DNA of 63,899 nt, the filler included, from Octopus bimaculoides (Eukaryota): the NCBI RefSeq assembly GCF_001194135.2. It is 4 parts of 3 records of this genome, joined end to end, with 100 filler letters (N's around TTAATTAATTAA, not from the genome) between each part and the next. Parts side by side here need not be neighbours in the genome. Positions count along the whole stretch, not along the records: positions 62,261 to 63,899 come from NC_068982.1; 3 more parts are not named here. One strand, given 5' to 3'. A program made the position numbers and the translations under genes. This document shows, piece after piece, positions 63,847-63,899 of this stretch. Numbering within the stretch: the stretch's first letter is position 1; each line of letters starts with the position of its first letter. The notes beneath the pieces are model-generated. The model saw only the letters and a list, made by a program, of their open reading frames with translations. It searched no databases and had not been told where the DNA came from.

Positions 63847-63899
<53 letters not shown>

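Overview
Repeat-dense, AT-rich eukaryotic DNA with many N gaps. The two dominant tRNA-derived SINE families and the microsatellite density point to an octopus (Octopus sp.; recognised from memory, not searched). Three identical 100-bp synthetic spacers (44 N + TTAATTAATTAA + 44 N at 22939, 45364, 62161) show that four separately assembled pieces were joined. No intact single-exon gene is present, and almost all long ORFs in the supplied track are N-run or microsatellite artefacts. Supported elements are: a decayed Mag-type Gypsy LTR retrotransposon (551-5047) with PBS, PPT and TSD; three CR1-type LINE remnants; four R4/Dong-type RLE LINE pieces; one RTE fragment; two mariner remnants; a Charlie/SPIN-type hAT element; a Merlin-like MITE; about 15 SINEs; and several Penelope-like element (PLE) pieces carrying minimal type-I hammerhead ribozyme motifs, some arranged as inverted repeats. 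A phase-consistent chain of short + strand exons (about 18.4-36.5 kb) suggests an unidentified host gene, and coding-like islands at 52.7-55.9 kb have an unresolved strand. The most interesting object is at 26185-26842. It has a tRNA-derived Pol III head, an internal (AAT)n tract, a PLE-type hammerhead in its 3' part and a 5' fold-back, so it may be a ribozyme-carrying SINE mobilised by Penelope-like elements.
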